A stretch of DNA of 64,000 bases, from assembly GCA_944383895.1 (NCBI GenBank), contig CALWRH010000001.1:57199-121198 (forward strand). The letters are read 5' to 3'. Positions 30,950-39,609 of this stretch are shown in pieces. The DNA comes from an uncultured Christensenellaceae bacterium. GTDB taxonomy: Bacteria > Bacillota > Clostridia > Christensenellales > UBA3700. The notes beneath the pieces are model-generated. The model worked only from the letters and a program-made list of their open reading frames with translations, searched no databases and was not told where the DNA came from. A program made the position numbers and the translations under genes. How positions within the stretch are numbered: the first letter of the stretch is position 1; every line of letters starts with the position of its first letter.

Positions 30950-31005
30950 CGCTTGTCAAACGCTCGAAAGTATGATACAATAAAGGCATATTTCGGAGGT
31001 GTGAT

Positions 31006-31353
31006 ATGTCTCAGGACAATTACCAGGCAAGAGAGACTTACGTCAACATAATTACGTCTGTCGCGGGCAGCGCGGCGTCGCAAGTCGACGGTATTGCGTC
31101 AGTATCATACGAGGCCGGTCTGAGCAAGAATCTCAAACTCGGCAAAAACAAAAAAAGTCATGCGATCACCGTAGAGCTTTACGACGATATGACGGCTATA
31201 ATCGACGTGTCGGTAAACGTCTATTACGGATATGTGATACCTCGCGTTATCGCAGGATTGCAGGAGAAAATCAAAACCGAAGTCGAAAGAGCGACTTCTT
31301 ACAACGTCAAAGCGGTCAACGTTACCGTGGCGGGCGTAGTTTATTCCAACTGA
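31006..31353 (+). CDS. Asp23/Gls24 family alkaline-shock protein
   Basis: 115 aa, ITSVAGSAASQVDGIASV pattern. Position upstream of nusB, as for B. subtilis yqhY. Confidence 0.85.
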   Translation: MSQDNYQARETYVNIITSVAGSAASQVDGIASVSYEAGLSKNLKLGKNKKSHAITVELYDDMTAIIDVSVNVYYGYVIPRVIAGLQEKIKTEVERATSYNVKAVNVTVAGVVYSN

Positions 31354-31414
31354 AGAAAATTTTTAGCGACCCTTCGGCGGTTTTCCGTCGGAGGGTTTAC
31401 GCACGGAGAAATAT

Positions 31415-31831
31415 ATGAGCAGAAAAAAAGCGCGTGATTACGCTTACAAACTCGTTTTCGAGTGGCTTTTCAATAAGGACAACGAAGAGCAATCTCCAAC
31501 GATGAATTCTATCTTCGAAGACAGCGAAATTACGCTTTCGGACAAAGATTACATCAAGAGCGTCGTCGAGGGAGTCGAACATAATTATTCCGAACTTTGC
31601 GAGCTTATCGAGGCTAATTCCCGCAATTTCAAAATAGAAAGGATTTTCAAGCCCGATCTTGCAGCGTTGTTGCTTTCGGCATACGAACTCAAATTTATGC
31701 CCGATATCCCGCACGCTGTTTCGATAAGCGAAATTCTGGATATAGTAAAGACATACTCCACGCCTGAAAGTTACGTCTTCGTAAACGGCGTGCTTGCGGG
31801 TATTTACAGACAACTCGGAGGAAAAAACTGA
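31415..31831 (+). CDS. nusB: Transcription antitermination factor NusB
   Basis: SRKKARDYAYKLVFEW N-terminus and the C-terminal NGVL motif. Confidence 0.9.
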   Translation: MSRKKARDYAYKLVFEWLFNKDNEEQSPTMNSIFEDSEITLSDKDYIKSVVEGVEHNYSELCELIEANSRNFKIERIFKPDLAALLLSAYELKFMPDIPHAVSISEILDIVKTYSTPESYVFVNGVLAGIYRQLGGKN

Positions 31832-31832
31832 T

Positions 31833-32678
31833 ATGTTGATTTACGGTAAAGTCGTTTCAGCCGACACCCGCGCGAAACTCAGAACTCAGGTAGAAGAATT
31901 TGAAAAGAGAGCAGGCAGAAAACCTTGTCTTGCGGTTATAATCGTAGGCGAAGATCCTGCGTCGCAGACTTATGTGAGAAACAAGATCGCAGGTTGCGCA
32001 GAAGTAGGTATGAGATCGTTGCATTACGAATATGCCGACGGCACTCCGCAATCCGAAATAGAAAAAACTCTGAACGATCTTGCAACGGACGATACCGTCG
32101 ACGGAATACTCGTACAGCTTCCTTTGCCCAAGGGTTACGACGAGAGAAAGCTGCTTTCTCTTATCCCCGACGAAAAGGACGTTGACGGATTTTCTCCGAC
32201 AAACCTCGGACTTCTCGCTATGAACAAGCCGAGGACTATATCATGCACGCCTTTCGGGGTAATGAAAATGCTCGAAACGACGGGCGTAAAGCTTGAAGGC
32301 AAAAACGCTGTCGTCATCGGAAGGAGCAATACCGTGGGCAAGCCTATGGCAATGCTGCTGCTTAACGCAAACTGCACGGTCACGGTATGTCACAGCAAGA
32401 CCGAAAACCTTGCTGAAATCACGTCTAAAGCGGATATCCTCGTTGCAGCGATAGGAAGACCCAAGTTCGTTACGGCAGATATGGTCAAAGACGGCGCAAT
32501 CGTTATCGACGTCGGCATAAACAGAGTAGACGGCAAACTCGTCGGTGACGTAGATTTCGAAAACGTAGAGAAAAAGGCGTCTTTCATAACGCCCGTGCCC
32601 GGCGGCGTCGGTCCTATGACGATAACTATGCTGCTTGCAAACACTTTGCAGGCTGCAGAGGCAAAGGCGAATAAATGA
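31833..32678 (+). CDS. folD: Bifunctional methylenetetrahydrofolate dehydrogenase/cyclohydrolase
   Basis: LAVIIVGEDPASQTYV, DGILVQLPLP, GRSNTVGKPMAMLL, TPVPGGVGPMT. Confidence 0.95.
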   Translation: MLIYGKVVSADTRAKLRTQVEEFEKRAGRKPCLAVIIVGEDPASQTYVRNKIAGCAEVGMRSLHYEYADGTPQSEIEKTLNDLATDDTVDGILVQLPLPKGYDERKLLSLIPDEKDVDGFSPTNLGLLAMNKPRTISCTPFGVMKMLETTGVKLEGKNAVVIGRSNTVGKPMAMLLLNANCTVTVCHSKTENLAEITSKADILVAAIGRPKFVTADMVKDGAIVIDVGINRVDGKLVGDVDFENVEKKASFITPVPGGVGPMTITMLLANTLQAAEAKANK

Positions 32679-33868
32679 ATTCTCCGCGTTATTTAAGCGT
32701 AAGTATCGTAAACATGTATATCCACAACGTCTTTGTCGCGGAGGAGATGCTCCACGATATAGACGTAGTAGGCGAGGTCAGCGGCATAAGCGTTGTGCGC
32801 GGACACGCCTATTTTACTTTGAAAGACAAAGACGCTCAGATAGCATGCAACAGTTTTAACTGCGCGAAGACTTACGTCCCTAAAAACGGCGAACTCGTAA
32901 TAGTCAGAGGCAGCGTTTCGTATTACGAAAAAAACGGCAGGCTGAGTCTTAACGCCGACAAGATAGTGCCTTACGGCGCAGGTCTTATAGCCATGCAGCT
33001 TGAACAACTCAAGAAAAAGCTTTCCGAAGAAGGTATTTTCGACGAGTCGCATAAAAAGCTGATCCCGAAATATTGCAAAAACGTCTGCGTACTGACTTCC
33101 ACTACGGGAGCAGTTATAAGAGATATCATCACTACTGTAAGGCGTTATAACAACGTCATCGACATAAACGTCTACGGCGTTCAGGTTCAGGGCGAATCGA
33201 GCGCGGATAGCGTCAGGAAAGCTCTCGAAATCACGGACAAGCTAGGATTCGACGTCATAATAATCGCAAGAGGCGGAGGCTCGGCTGAAGATCTTATGCC
33301 TTTCAACGACGAAAAGCTGGTCAGGAGTATTTACGCGGCAGAAACCCCGATAATATCAGCCGTAGGACACGAAACGGATTTTACGCTTTGCGACTTTGTC
33401 GCGGACGCGAGAGCGGCAACGCCTACCGCTGCGGCAGAACTTATTTCTTTCGACGTTTCGGAAATAAAGAAAAATCTTTCAGATTTCGCGCTTTGGGCAA
33501 AAAAACGTCTGACGGACAAGGCGGAAATTTATAAAAACAGCCTTTCCATGACGTCAAGAAGACTTCTTGCAGCGGCAAACGCACGCACAGTATCTGCAAA
33601 TGCGGCGGCAGACTTGTCGGCTAGATCTTTGATCTCTGCGGCAGATTTATTGATGAGAGAAAAAAGGTCGTTATACGAAAAAATGCTTTTGAAACTCAGC
33701 GCGAATAACCCCGTAAATATTCTGGAAAAAGGGTTTTTCTTTATCGACGGCAAAAAAGGAAGGGTAAAGAAAGTTTCCGATCTTTCTGAAGGCGACGTTG
33801 TGACTATCAGCGCAGGCGACGGCAACGCGGTCGCTACGGTAAATCAGGTAAATATCGCGAAAAAATAA
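32675..33868 (+). CDS. xseA: Exodeoxyribonuclease VII large subunit
   Basis: N-terminal OB (VVGEVSG......GHAYFTLKD) and IIARGGGS..DL..FN motifs. Confidence 0.9.
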   Translation: MNSPRYLSVSIVNMYIHNVFVAEEMLHDIDVVGEVSGISVVRGHAYFTLKDKDAQIACNSFNCAKTYVPKNGELVIVRGSVSYYEKNGRLSLNADKIVPYGAGLIAMQLEQLKKKLSEEGIFDESHKKLIPKYCKNVCVLTSTTGAVIRDIITTVRRYNNVIDINVYGVQVQGESSADSVRKALEITDKLGFDVIIIARGGGSAEDLMPFNDEKLVRSIYAAETPIISAVGHETDFTLCDFVADARAATPTAAAELISFDVSEIKKNLSDFALWAKKRLTDKAEIYKNSLSMTSRRLLAAANARTVSANAAADLSARSLISAADLLMREKRSLYEKMLLKLSANNPVNILEKGFFFIDGKKGRVKKVSDLSEGDVVTISAGDGNAVATVNQVNIAKK

Positions 33869-33890
33869 GTTTTCGCGCAACAGGTGTAAT

Positions 33891-34127
33891 ATGAAAAAAC
33901 AGGAAAACGCAACATTTGAAAGCATGCTGGAGCGTATCGACGAGATCACATCAAAGCTCGAAGACCCGGATATCACGATAGACGAAGGCATAAAACTCTT
34001 CGAAGAAGGGGTAAAGCTTTCTGCGCTTTGCAAAGCGAAACTCGAGGAGGCTAACGGAAAGATAACCGAACTCAAAGGAGAGCTCGACAATCTGAAAAAA
34101 TCTGATTTCAAGGCGGATAAAGACTGA
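33891..34127 (+). CDS. xseB: Exodeoxyribonuclease VII small subunit
   Basis: 78-aa helical protein, FE..L..L..I...LE......L.....FEEG pattern. Confidence 0.9.
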   Translation: MKKQENATFESMLERIDEITSKLEDPDITIDEGIKLFEEGVKLSALCKAKLEEANGKITELKGELDNLKKSDFKADKD

Positions 34128-34999
34128 TGAAAGAAATTATCGGAGTATATGCCGGAATATTCAATGCGACTCTTGACGAGTATCTTATGCACAGGCTCGA
34201 CTGTCCGTCGCCCGTCAAAGACGCCGTAGCTTACGCAATGACGGGAGGGGGCAAAAGACTGCGCCCGATGCTTTGTTATCTCGGTGCGGAATTTGCAGGA
34301 AAATCGTGCGAAGAAGTCAGCGATTTCGCTCTTGCGGTCGAACTTATACACGGGTATTCTCTTATACACGACGATCTGCCTTGCATGGATAACGACACTC
34401 TGCGCCGCGGAAAACCTACGACTCACGTCAAATTCGGCGAGGCGGTCGCTTTGCTTGCAGGCGACGCGATGCTCAATTCAGCTTTCGAAGTTCTTTTTGA
34501 AACCGTAAATTCGTCTAAAGACGTGCTTGCGGCAAGCTATATCGCAAAATATGCAGGCACGACGGGCATGATAGGCGGTCAGTGCATGGACATAACAGAC
34601 AATAACGGTGAAGGTTACGACGAAACAGCGCTGCTTTCTATGTACTCGAAAAAAACTTCGGGACTTCTTATCGCTGCGCTTTTGTCGGGAGCCGTATCTT
34701 GCGGATGTAATAAAGAAGAAGAGGTCGACCTAATCAATTTTGCAGATTATCTCGGAGTCGCCTATCAGATAACCGACGATATACTTGATTGTACTTCGAC
34801 CGAAGAGGTTCTCGGAAAGAACGTCGGCAGCGACGAAAAGAGCGATAAAAAGACTTACGTCGCGATGTTCGGCATGGATAATGCGGTAAAAAAGGCAAAG
34901 GATTATACTCAAAGAGCAGTTGCATGCATTGCCAAGTACGGAGAGAGAGCGGAAAAGCTCATCGGGCTGTGTCATTATCTCGTAGGAAGAAATTATTGA
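34127..34999 (+). CDS. ispA: Polyprenyl (farnesyl/geranyl) diphosphate synthase
   Basis: FARM LIHDDLPCMDNDTLRRG and SARM DDILD motifs. Confidence 0.9.
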   Translation: MKEIIGVYAGIFNATLDEYLMHRLDCPSPVKDAVAYAMTGGGKRLRPMLCYLGAEFAGKSCEEVSDFALAVELIHGYSLIHDDLPCMDNDTLRRGKPTTHVKFGEAVALLAGDAMLNSAFEVLFETVNSSKDVLAASYIAKYAGTTGMIGGQCMDITDNNGEGYDETALLSMYSKKTSGLLIAALLSGAVSCGCNKEEEVDLINFADYLGVAYQITDDILDCTSTEEVLGKNVGSDEKSDKKTYVAMFGMDNAVKKAKDYTQRAVACIAKYGERAEKLIGLCHYLVGRNY

Positions 35000-35033
35000 G
35001 TATTCGAAATATTAATAATATCAATAGAAATAT

Positions 35034-35059
35034 GCTGCGGATATACCGCAGCTTTTTTT
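35034..35059 (+). terminator. Rho-independent terminator after ispA
   Basis: GCTGCGG-atata-CCGCAGC followed by T7. Confidence 0.8.
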
Positions 35060-35176
35060 ATTTTTATGATTTCAGATCGACGTCAAGAAATCAAAATTTT
35101 CTTTTCGCCTTAAAATAAGGCAAGTCATAATCGTTTTGACGGCATACAGACGTATACAAAACAAATATAATTTAAT

Positions 35177-35767
35177 ATGGCAAAAATTACGGGATTTTAC
35201 AAAAAAAAGAAAGACAAAAAAGAGCGCCGCGCAGACCGTTCTGCAGATTGGGCAGTAAAAATAGTGGTTCTGACTTTTATGCTTTCGCTTATATCAAGCG
35301 TGTTGTCGCAGGTAGCCGTAGGTGGCAGCGATATTTTAATTGCGACAATGTTGTTGATTTTTATGATAATAACGAGTATAATTTTTGATGTAATAGGGGT
35401 AAGCGTTACATCCTGCACACTGTGCGCTTTAAGCGACGCGCATAAAGAAAGCGACGGAGTAAAAAACGTTGCCCTTGCACTTATCGCTAATGCAGAAAAA
35501 GTCAATAATTTCTGCGCTGACGTTATCGGCGATATATGCGGCGTTATGAGCGGAGCGTGCGGAGCAAGTATTGTTGCGGCAATATCGCAGACCTTCGGCT
35601 TGGACGCGTTTCTGCCTTCGATACTCGTATCCGCGGTGATCGCATCCGTCACCGTAGGAGGCAAGGCCTTATGCAAGCGTATCGCGGTAAGAAACAGCGA
35701 AAGCATAGTGCTTTTTACATCAAGGCGCTTGTATTCGCTAATCAAGACTTTCAAAAGGAAACATTGA
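35177..35767 (+). CDS. Hypothetical polytopic membrane protein (possibly DUF21/CNNM-like TM domain only)
   Basis: Basic N-terminus (KKKKDKKERR) followed by about 4 hydrophobic helices. The family assignment is a weak visual impression only. Confidence 0.55.
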   Translation: MAKITGFYKKKKDKKERRADRSADWAVKIVVLTFMLSLISSVLSQVAVGGSDILIATMLLIFMIITSIIFDVIGVSVTSCTLCALSDAHKESDGVKNVALALIANAEKVNNFCADVIGDICGVMSGACGASIVAAISQTFGLDAFLPSILVSAVIASVTVGGKALCKRIAVRNSESIVLFTSRRLYSLIKTFKRKH

Positions 35768-35768
35768 C

Positions 35769-37475
35769 ATGGCAATTCTCGACGGTGTAAATTATCCGAT
35801 TGACATAAAGAAACTGACGGTAAATCAGCTCGATTGTCTTTGCACCGAAATCAGAGATGTTATTCTTAAAACTGTTTTTGAGCGCGGAGGACATCTGTCT
35901 TCGAACCTCGGCGTAGTCGAGGCTGTCGTCGCTCTTCATTACGTTTTCAACGCACCCGAAGATAAGATCATATTCGACGTAGGACATCAGTGCTATGCGC
36001 ATAAGATACTTACGGGAAGAAAAGATTTGTCGACGCTGAGAGGCGAGGGCGGTATCGCAGGTTTTCCCAAGACTCAGGAAAGCGTTTACGACGTTGCCAA
36101 TACGGGACACGCATCGACTTCTATTTCGCTTGCATGCGGACTTGCGAGAGCAAATGACAGCGGAGCGCAGATAATATCCTTTATCGGTGACGGAGCAATG
36201 ACGGGCGGACTTGCTTACGAGGCTCTCAACGACGTTGCATGCATGGGCAAAAAACAGATAATCGTCCTGAACGACAACGAAATGAGCATTTCAAAAAACG
36301 TCGGACTTATTTCGAACTATCTCGCCAAGCTCAAGAGAGAAAAGATTGCAAGACCTTTTGCTCTGTTCGGACTCAAATATATCGGCGTTGTCGACGGACA
36401 CGATATCAAGGCTCTTATCAAGGCTTTCAACAAGGCTAAAAAATGCGACGATGCGGTCATCGTTCATATTCTTACAAAGAAAGGCAAAGGCTATAAGGAC
36501 GCAGAGGAAAATCCTGAAAAATTTCACGGATATTCCGTCGGCGAACAAAAGTATCCTACGTTCTCTCAGATATGCGGCGAACAACTTTGCAAGCTTGCCG
36601 AAAAAGACAATAACGTCTACGCGATTACGGCGGCTATGGCAAGCGGTACAGGACTCGATATATTCGAAGTACGCTATCCTGAGAGATTTGTTGACGTAGG
36701 CATTGCAGAGGCTCATGCCGCATGTATGTCGGCAGGACTCGCTTTAGGCGGTAAAAAGCCATATTTCGCGGTATATTCCACCTTCCTTCAACGCGCATAC
36801 GATCAGCTCGTACACGATATATGTCTGAACGCTTTGCCTGTTACGCTGTGCATAGACAGATGCGGTGTAGTCGGCGGGGACGGAGAAACTCATCAGGGTA
36901 TATTCGATATATCCTTTATGAGAGCTTTACCCGATATGACGATTTTTGCACCGAAAGACGGCAAAGAGCTCAAGGCGGTACTCGATTGGTCTTTGTCGTA
37001 CGATAAACCTCTCGCTATCAGATATCCCAAGTCGGAAGACAGCGTAAAGTATTCCGTTCACAACAAGATTGAACTCGGCAAATGGGAATACCTTACGGAC
37101 GGCAAATCCGACAACGTCATACTCGCTACGGGTGCGGTAAGCGTTGCAAACGCGATGAAAGCGGTCGAGATCCTCAAGGAAAAAGGTGTTGACGCAGACG
37201 TAGTAAACGCCCGTTTTATAAAGCCTATGGACGAAAAACTGCTTGATTCGATAGTCGGCAAGCGTATCATTACCGTTGAAGACGGCGTACGTACAGGCGG
37301 TTTCGGAGAGGGAGTTATAGCTTATTATGCAGAAAAAGGCATTTCGGCATCAGTTACCATAAAAGCTTTTGAAGAGCGTCCGTATCCGCAGGGCAGTGTT
37401 GATTATATTCTTTCGGTGACAGGTCTTGATGCCCAAGGCATCGCCAAAACAGTTATGGAAAATTCTGCTCAATGA
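35769..37475 (+). CDS. dxs: 1-deoxy-D-xylulose-5-phosphate synthase
   Basis: GGHLSSNLG, GHQCYAHKILTGR, IGDGAMTGGLAYEALN, NDNEMSIS, GIAEAHA motifs. Confidence 0.93.
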   Translation: MAILDGVNYPIDIKKLTVNQLDCLCTEIRDVILKTVFERGGHLSSNLGVVEAVVALHYVFNAPEDKIIFDVGHQCYAHKILTGRKDLSTLRGEGGIAGFPKTQESVYDVANTGHASTSISLACGLARANDSGAQIISFIGDGAMTGGLAYEALNDVACMGKKQIIVLNDNEMSISKNVGLISNYLAKLKREKIARPFALFGLKYIGVVDGHDIKALIKAFNKAKKCDDAVIVHILTKKGKGYKDAEENPEKFHGYSVGEQKYPTFSQICGEQLCKLAEKDNNVYAITAAMASGTGLDIFEVRYPERFVDVGIAEAHAACMSAGLALGGKKPYFAVYSTFLQRAYDQLVHDICLNALPVTLCIDRCGVVGGDGETHQGIFDISFMRALPDMTIFAPKDGKELKAVLDWSLSYDKPLAIRYPKSEDSVKYSVHNKIELGKWEYLTDGKSDNVILATGAVSVANAMKAVEILKEKGVDADVVNARFIKPMDEKLLDSIVGKRIITVEDGVRTGGFGEGVIAYYAEKGISASVTIKAFEERPYPQGSVDYILSVTGLDAQGIAKTVMENSAQ

Positions 37476-38194
37476 GACTTGACGTATATCTGAGCGAAAA
37501 ATACGGTTACAGCAGGACAAAAGCTGCGAATATGGTATCTGACGGATTCGTTGCCGTAAACGGAAAAACTGCAGTCAAACCTTCCGTCAACGTACTTGAC
37601 AGCGATATCGTAGAAGTAGTCAGAGAGTATCGTTTCGCCTCGCGCGGAGGCGATAAACTCGAAAAAGCTTTTGGCGATTTTCAGCTCAACGTAAAAGACC
37701 TGATATGCGTAGATATCGGCGCGTCCAACGGCGGTTTTACCGATTGTCTGTTATCTCACGGAGCAAAAAAAGTATATGCGGTAGACGTGGGAGAGTGTGC
37801 CTTTGACGACGCTTTGAAAAACGATCCGAGAGTAGTTGTAAAAGACAATACCAACGCGAGATATCTGAATAAAGACGTTTTGGGAGAAGCGTGCGACTTT
37901 GCGTGTATCGACGTCAGTTTCATATCCCTCAAGCTTATTCTTCCCGCAGCTTTTTCAGTAATAAAATCGGACGGCGAAATTGTCGCGCTTATAAAACCTC
38001 AATTCGAAGTAGGCAAAAAAAATCTGACCAAGACGGGTATCGTATTGTCGGAGAAAGTCAGAAAAAGCGTGATCGACGATATATCGTCTTTCGCGCAAGG
38101 ACTCGGAGCGGCAATACTCGGCGTTACGACTGCGCCTGTCAGAACAGGGAAAAACGTAGAGTATCTTATCCGGCTAAAGAAAAAAATTGAATAA
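37472..38194 (+). CDS. tlyA: TlyA-family rRNA 2'-O-methyltransferase
   Basis: S4-like N-terminus (RLDVYL....SR..A...V..G.V.VNG) and an FtsJ-type SAM site (DIGASNGGFTD). Confidence 0.9.
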   Translation: MRLDVYLSEKYGYSRTKAANMVSDGFVAVNGKTAVKPSVNVLDSDIVEVVREYRFASRGGDKLEKAFGDFQLNVKDLICVDIGASNGGFTDCLLSHGAKKVYAVDVGECAFDDALKNDPRVVVKDNTNARYLNKDVLGEACDFACIDVSFISLKLILPAAFSVIKSDGEIVALIKPQFEVGKKNLTKTGIVLSEKVRKSVIDDISSFAQGLGAAILGVTTAPVRTGKNVEYLIRLKKKIE

Positions 38195-38290
38195 TTGATA
38201 TTCAACATTTTGCATATACGCGAAACGATGACGATATTTCGTTTTTATATAAGGTTATTTATCGATTTTTTAATTATTTGAAAATTATTA

Positions 38291-38319
38291 TTGAATATTT
38301 ATTCATTATATACTATAAT
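38291..38319 (+). promoter_or_regulatory. Consensus-like promoter abutting nadK (TTGAAT-17-TATAAT)
   Basis: TTGAAT 38291-38296, 17-nt spacer, TATAAT 38314-38319. ATG at 38326 with no Shine-Dalgarno in between. Confidence 0.55.
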
Positions 38320-38325
38320 TGAATT

Positions 38326-39150
38326 ATGAAAATCGGCGTATATACAAATCTGAACAAAGACCGCGATTCAGCTACTGCCAAAAGATTTTTATCCGTATTG
38401 CAGGACAGAGGCGTATCCTATAAATTTTACAGCGACGCTCGCCATGAAAGCGATACTCACGAAAAACTGAGAGAGCTGACAGACGGCGTTGACGTGCTCG
38501 TAGCGTTCGGCGGTGACGGTACAATGCTCAATATCGTACCTTATTGCGCTGTCAAAAACATACCGATGCTCGGCGTCAATCTCGGACATATCGGTTTTCT
38601 TACCGAAACGACGGCAGACGATCTCGAAGAATGCGTGGACAAGCTGCTTGCGAGCAATTATTTCTGCGAAAAAAGGTCGATGATCTCTGTCATCAACGGC
38701 GATAACAGATTTTTTGCGCTGAACGAAGTCGTGCTTGCAAAGACAAACAATTCGAACGTATGCAGTATTGCGGTAGATATCGACGGTGTGCGCGCCGACA
38801 AAGTACGCGCCGACGGCGTTATGGTGTCAACCCCTACGGGTTCGACAGGGTATTCTTTGTCGTGCAACGGGTCTATTTTAAGCCCAGATCTCGACGCGCT
38901 TATAATCAACGCGATATGCCCGCACTCGCTGCATTTCTGTCCTATGGTCATAAGCGATCGCAGCAGAGTCGATCTCTCGGCGGACAGCACCGATCTCAGA
39001 CTTACGATAGACGGAAAAATAATGACAGCGGTTGAAGATCCGCGCAGAATTTCAATAAAAAAGTGTGAATATTCAGCTACTTTTATAAGATTTCAGAAAA
39101 GCAGTTTTTACAGCAGACTTATAAAGAAGCTGGCTTATTGGGGTGAATAA
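38326..39150 (+). CDS. nadK: NAD kinase
   Basis: GGDGTML and TPTGSTGYSLS motifs. Confidence 0.93.
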   Translation: MKIGVYTNLNKDRDSATAKRFLSVLQDRGVSYKFYSDARHESDTHEKLRELTDGVDVLVAFGGDGTMLNIVPYCAVKNIPMLGVNLGHIGFLTETTADDLEECVDKLLASNYFCEKRSMISVINGDNRFFALNEVVLAKTNNSNVCSIAVDIDGVRADKVRADGVMVSTPTGSTGYSLSCNGSILSPDLDALIINAICPHSLHFCPMVISDRSRVDLSADSTDLRLTIDGKIMTAVEDPRRISIKKCEYSATFIRFQKSSFYSRLIKKLAYWGE

Positions 39151-39603
39151 ATGATCAGAGCAAAAAGACAACAATGTATCCTTGACCTTATCGACGAAAA
39201 AGATATCGAAACTCAGGACGAAATCGTTACCTTGCTTACCGAGCGCGGTTTTTGCGCTACGCAGGCAACGGTTTCGAGAGATATAAAAGAACTCGGGCTG
39301 ATAAAGATACTCGGCGCAGACAAAAAATACAAATATGTAAAAGCCGATGCCGCTCCTCACAAAATATCGGTAAAATTCAGCAATATCTTCAAAGAGTGCG
39401 TATTGTCAATACAATATGCGAACAATCTTATCGTTATAAAGACCGTTGCAGGCGGAGCAAACAGCGCTTGCGCGTTTATCGATCATCTCAATCTGTCGCA
39501 GATAATCGGCTCTCTTGCAGGTGACGATACGATATTCGCCGTGGTAGCGCAGGATGCCGACGTAAAAGAAACTGTCGATCTTCTTAAATCGTATTTGTGG
39601 TAA
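39151..39603 (+). CDS. argR: Arginine repressor
   Basis: QATVSRDIKELGL wHTH and C-terminal GTLAGDDT-like motif (GSLAGDDTIF). Confidence 0.9.
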   Translation: MIRAKRQQCILDLIDEKDIETQDEIVTLLTERGFCATQATVSRDIKELGLIKILGADKKYKYVKADAAPHKISVKFSNIFKECVLSIQYANNLIVIKTVAGGANSACAFIDHLNLSQIIGSLAGDDTIFAVVAQDADVKETVDLLKSYLW

Positions 39604-39609
39604 TTTCCT

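Noticed and set aside
35769-37475. Dxs is only 568 aa, against roughly 620-640 aa in model organisms.
   Set aside because: All catalytic and TPP motifs are present. The missing ~35-50 residues correspond to the flexible surface segment after NDNEMSIS, which is poorly conserved. This is most likely a natural lineage variant rather than a pseudogene.
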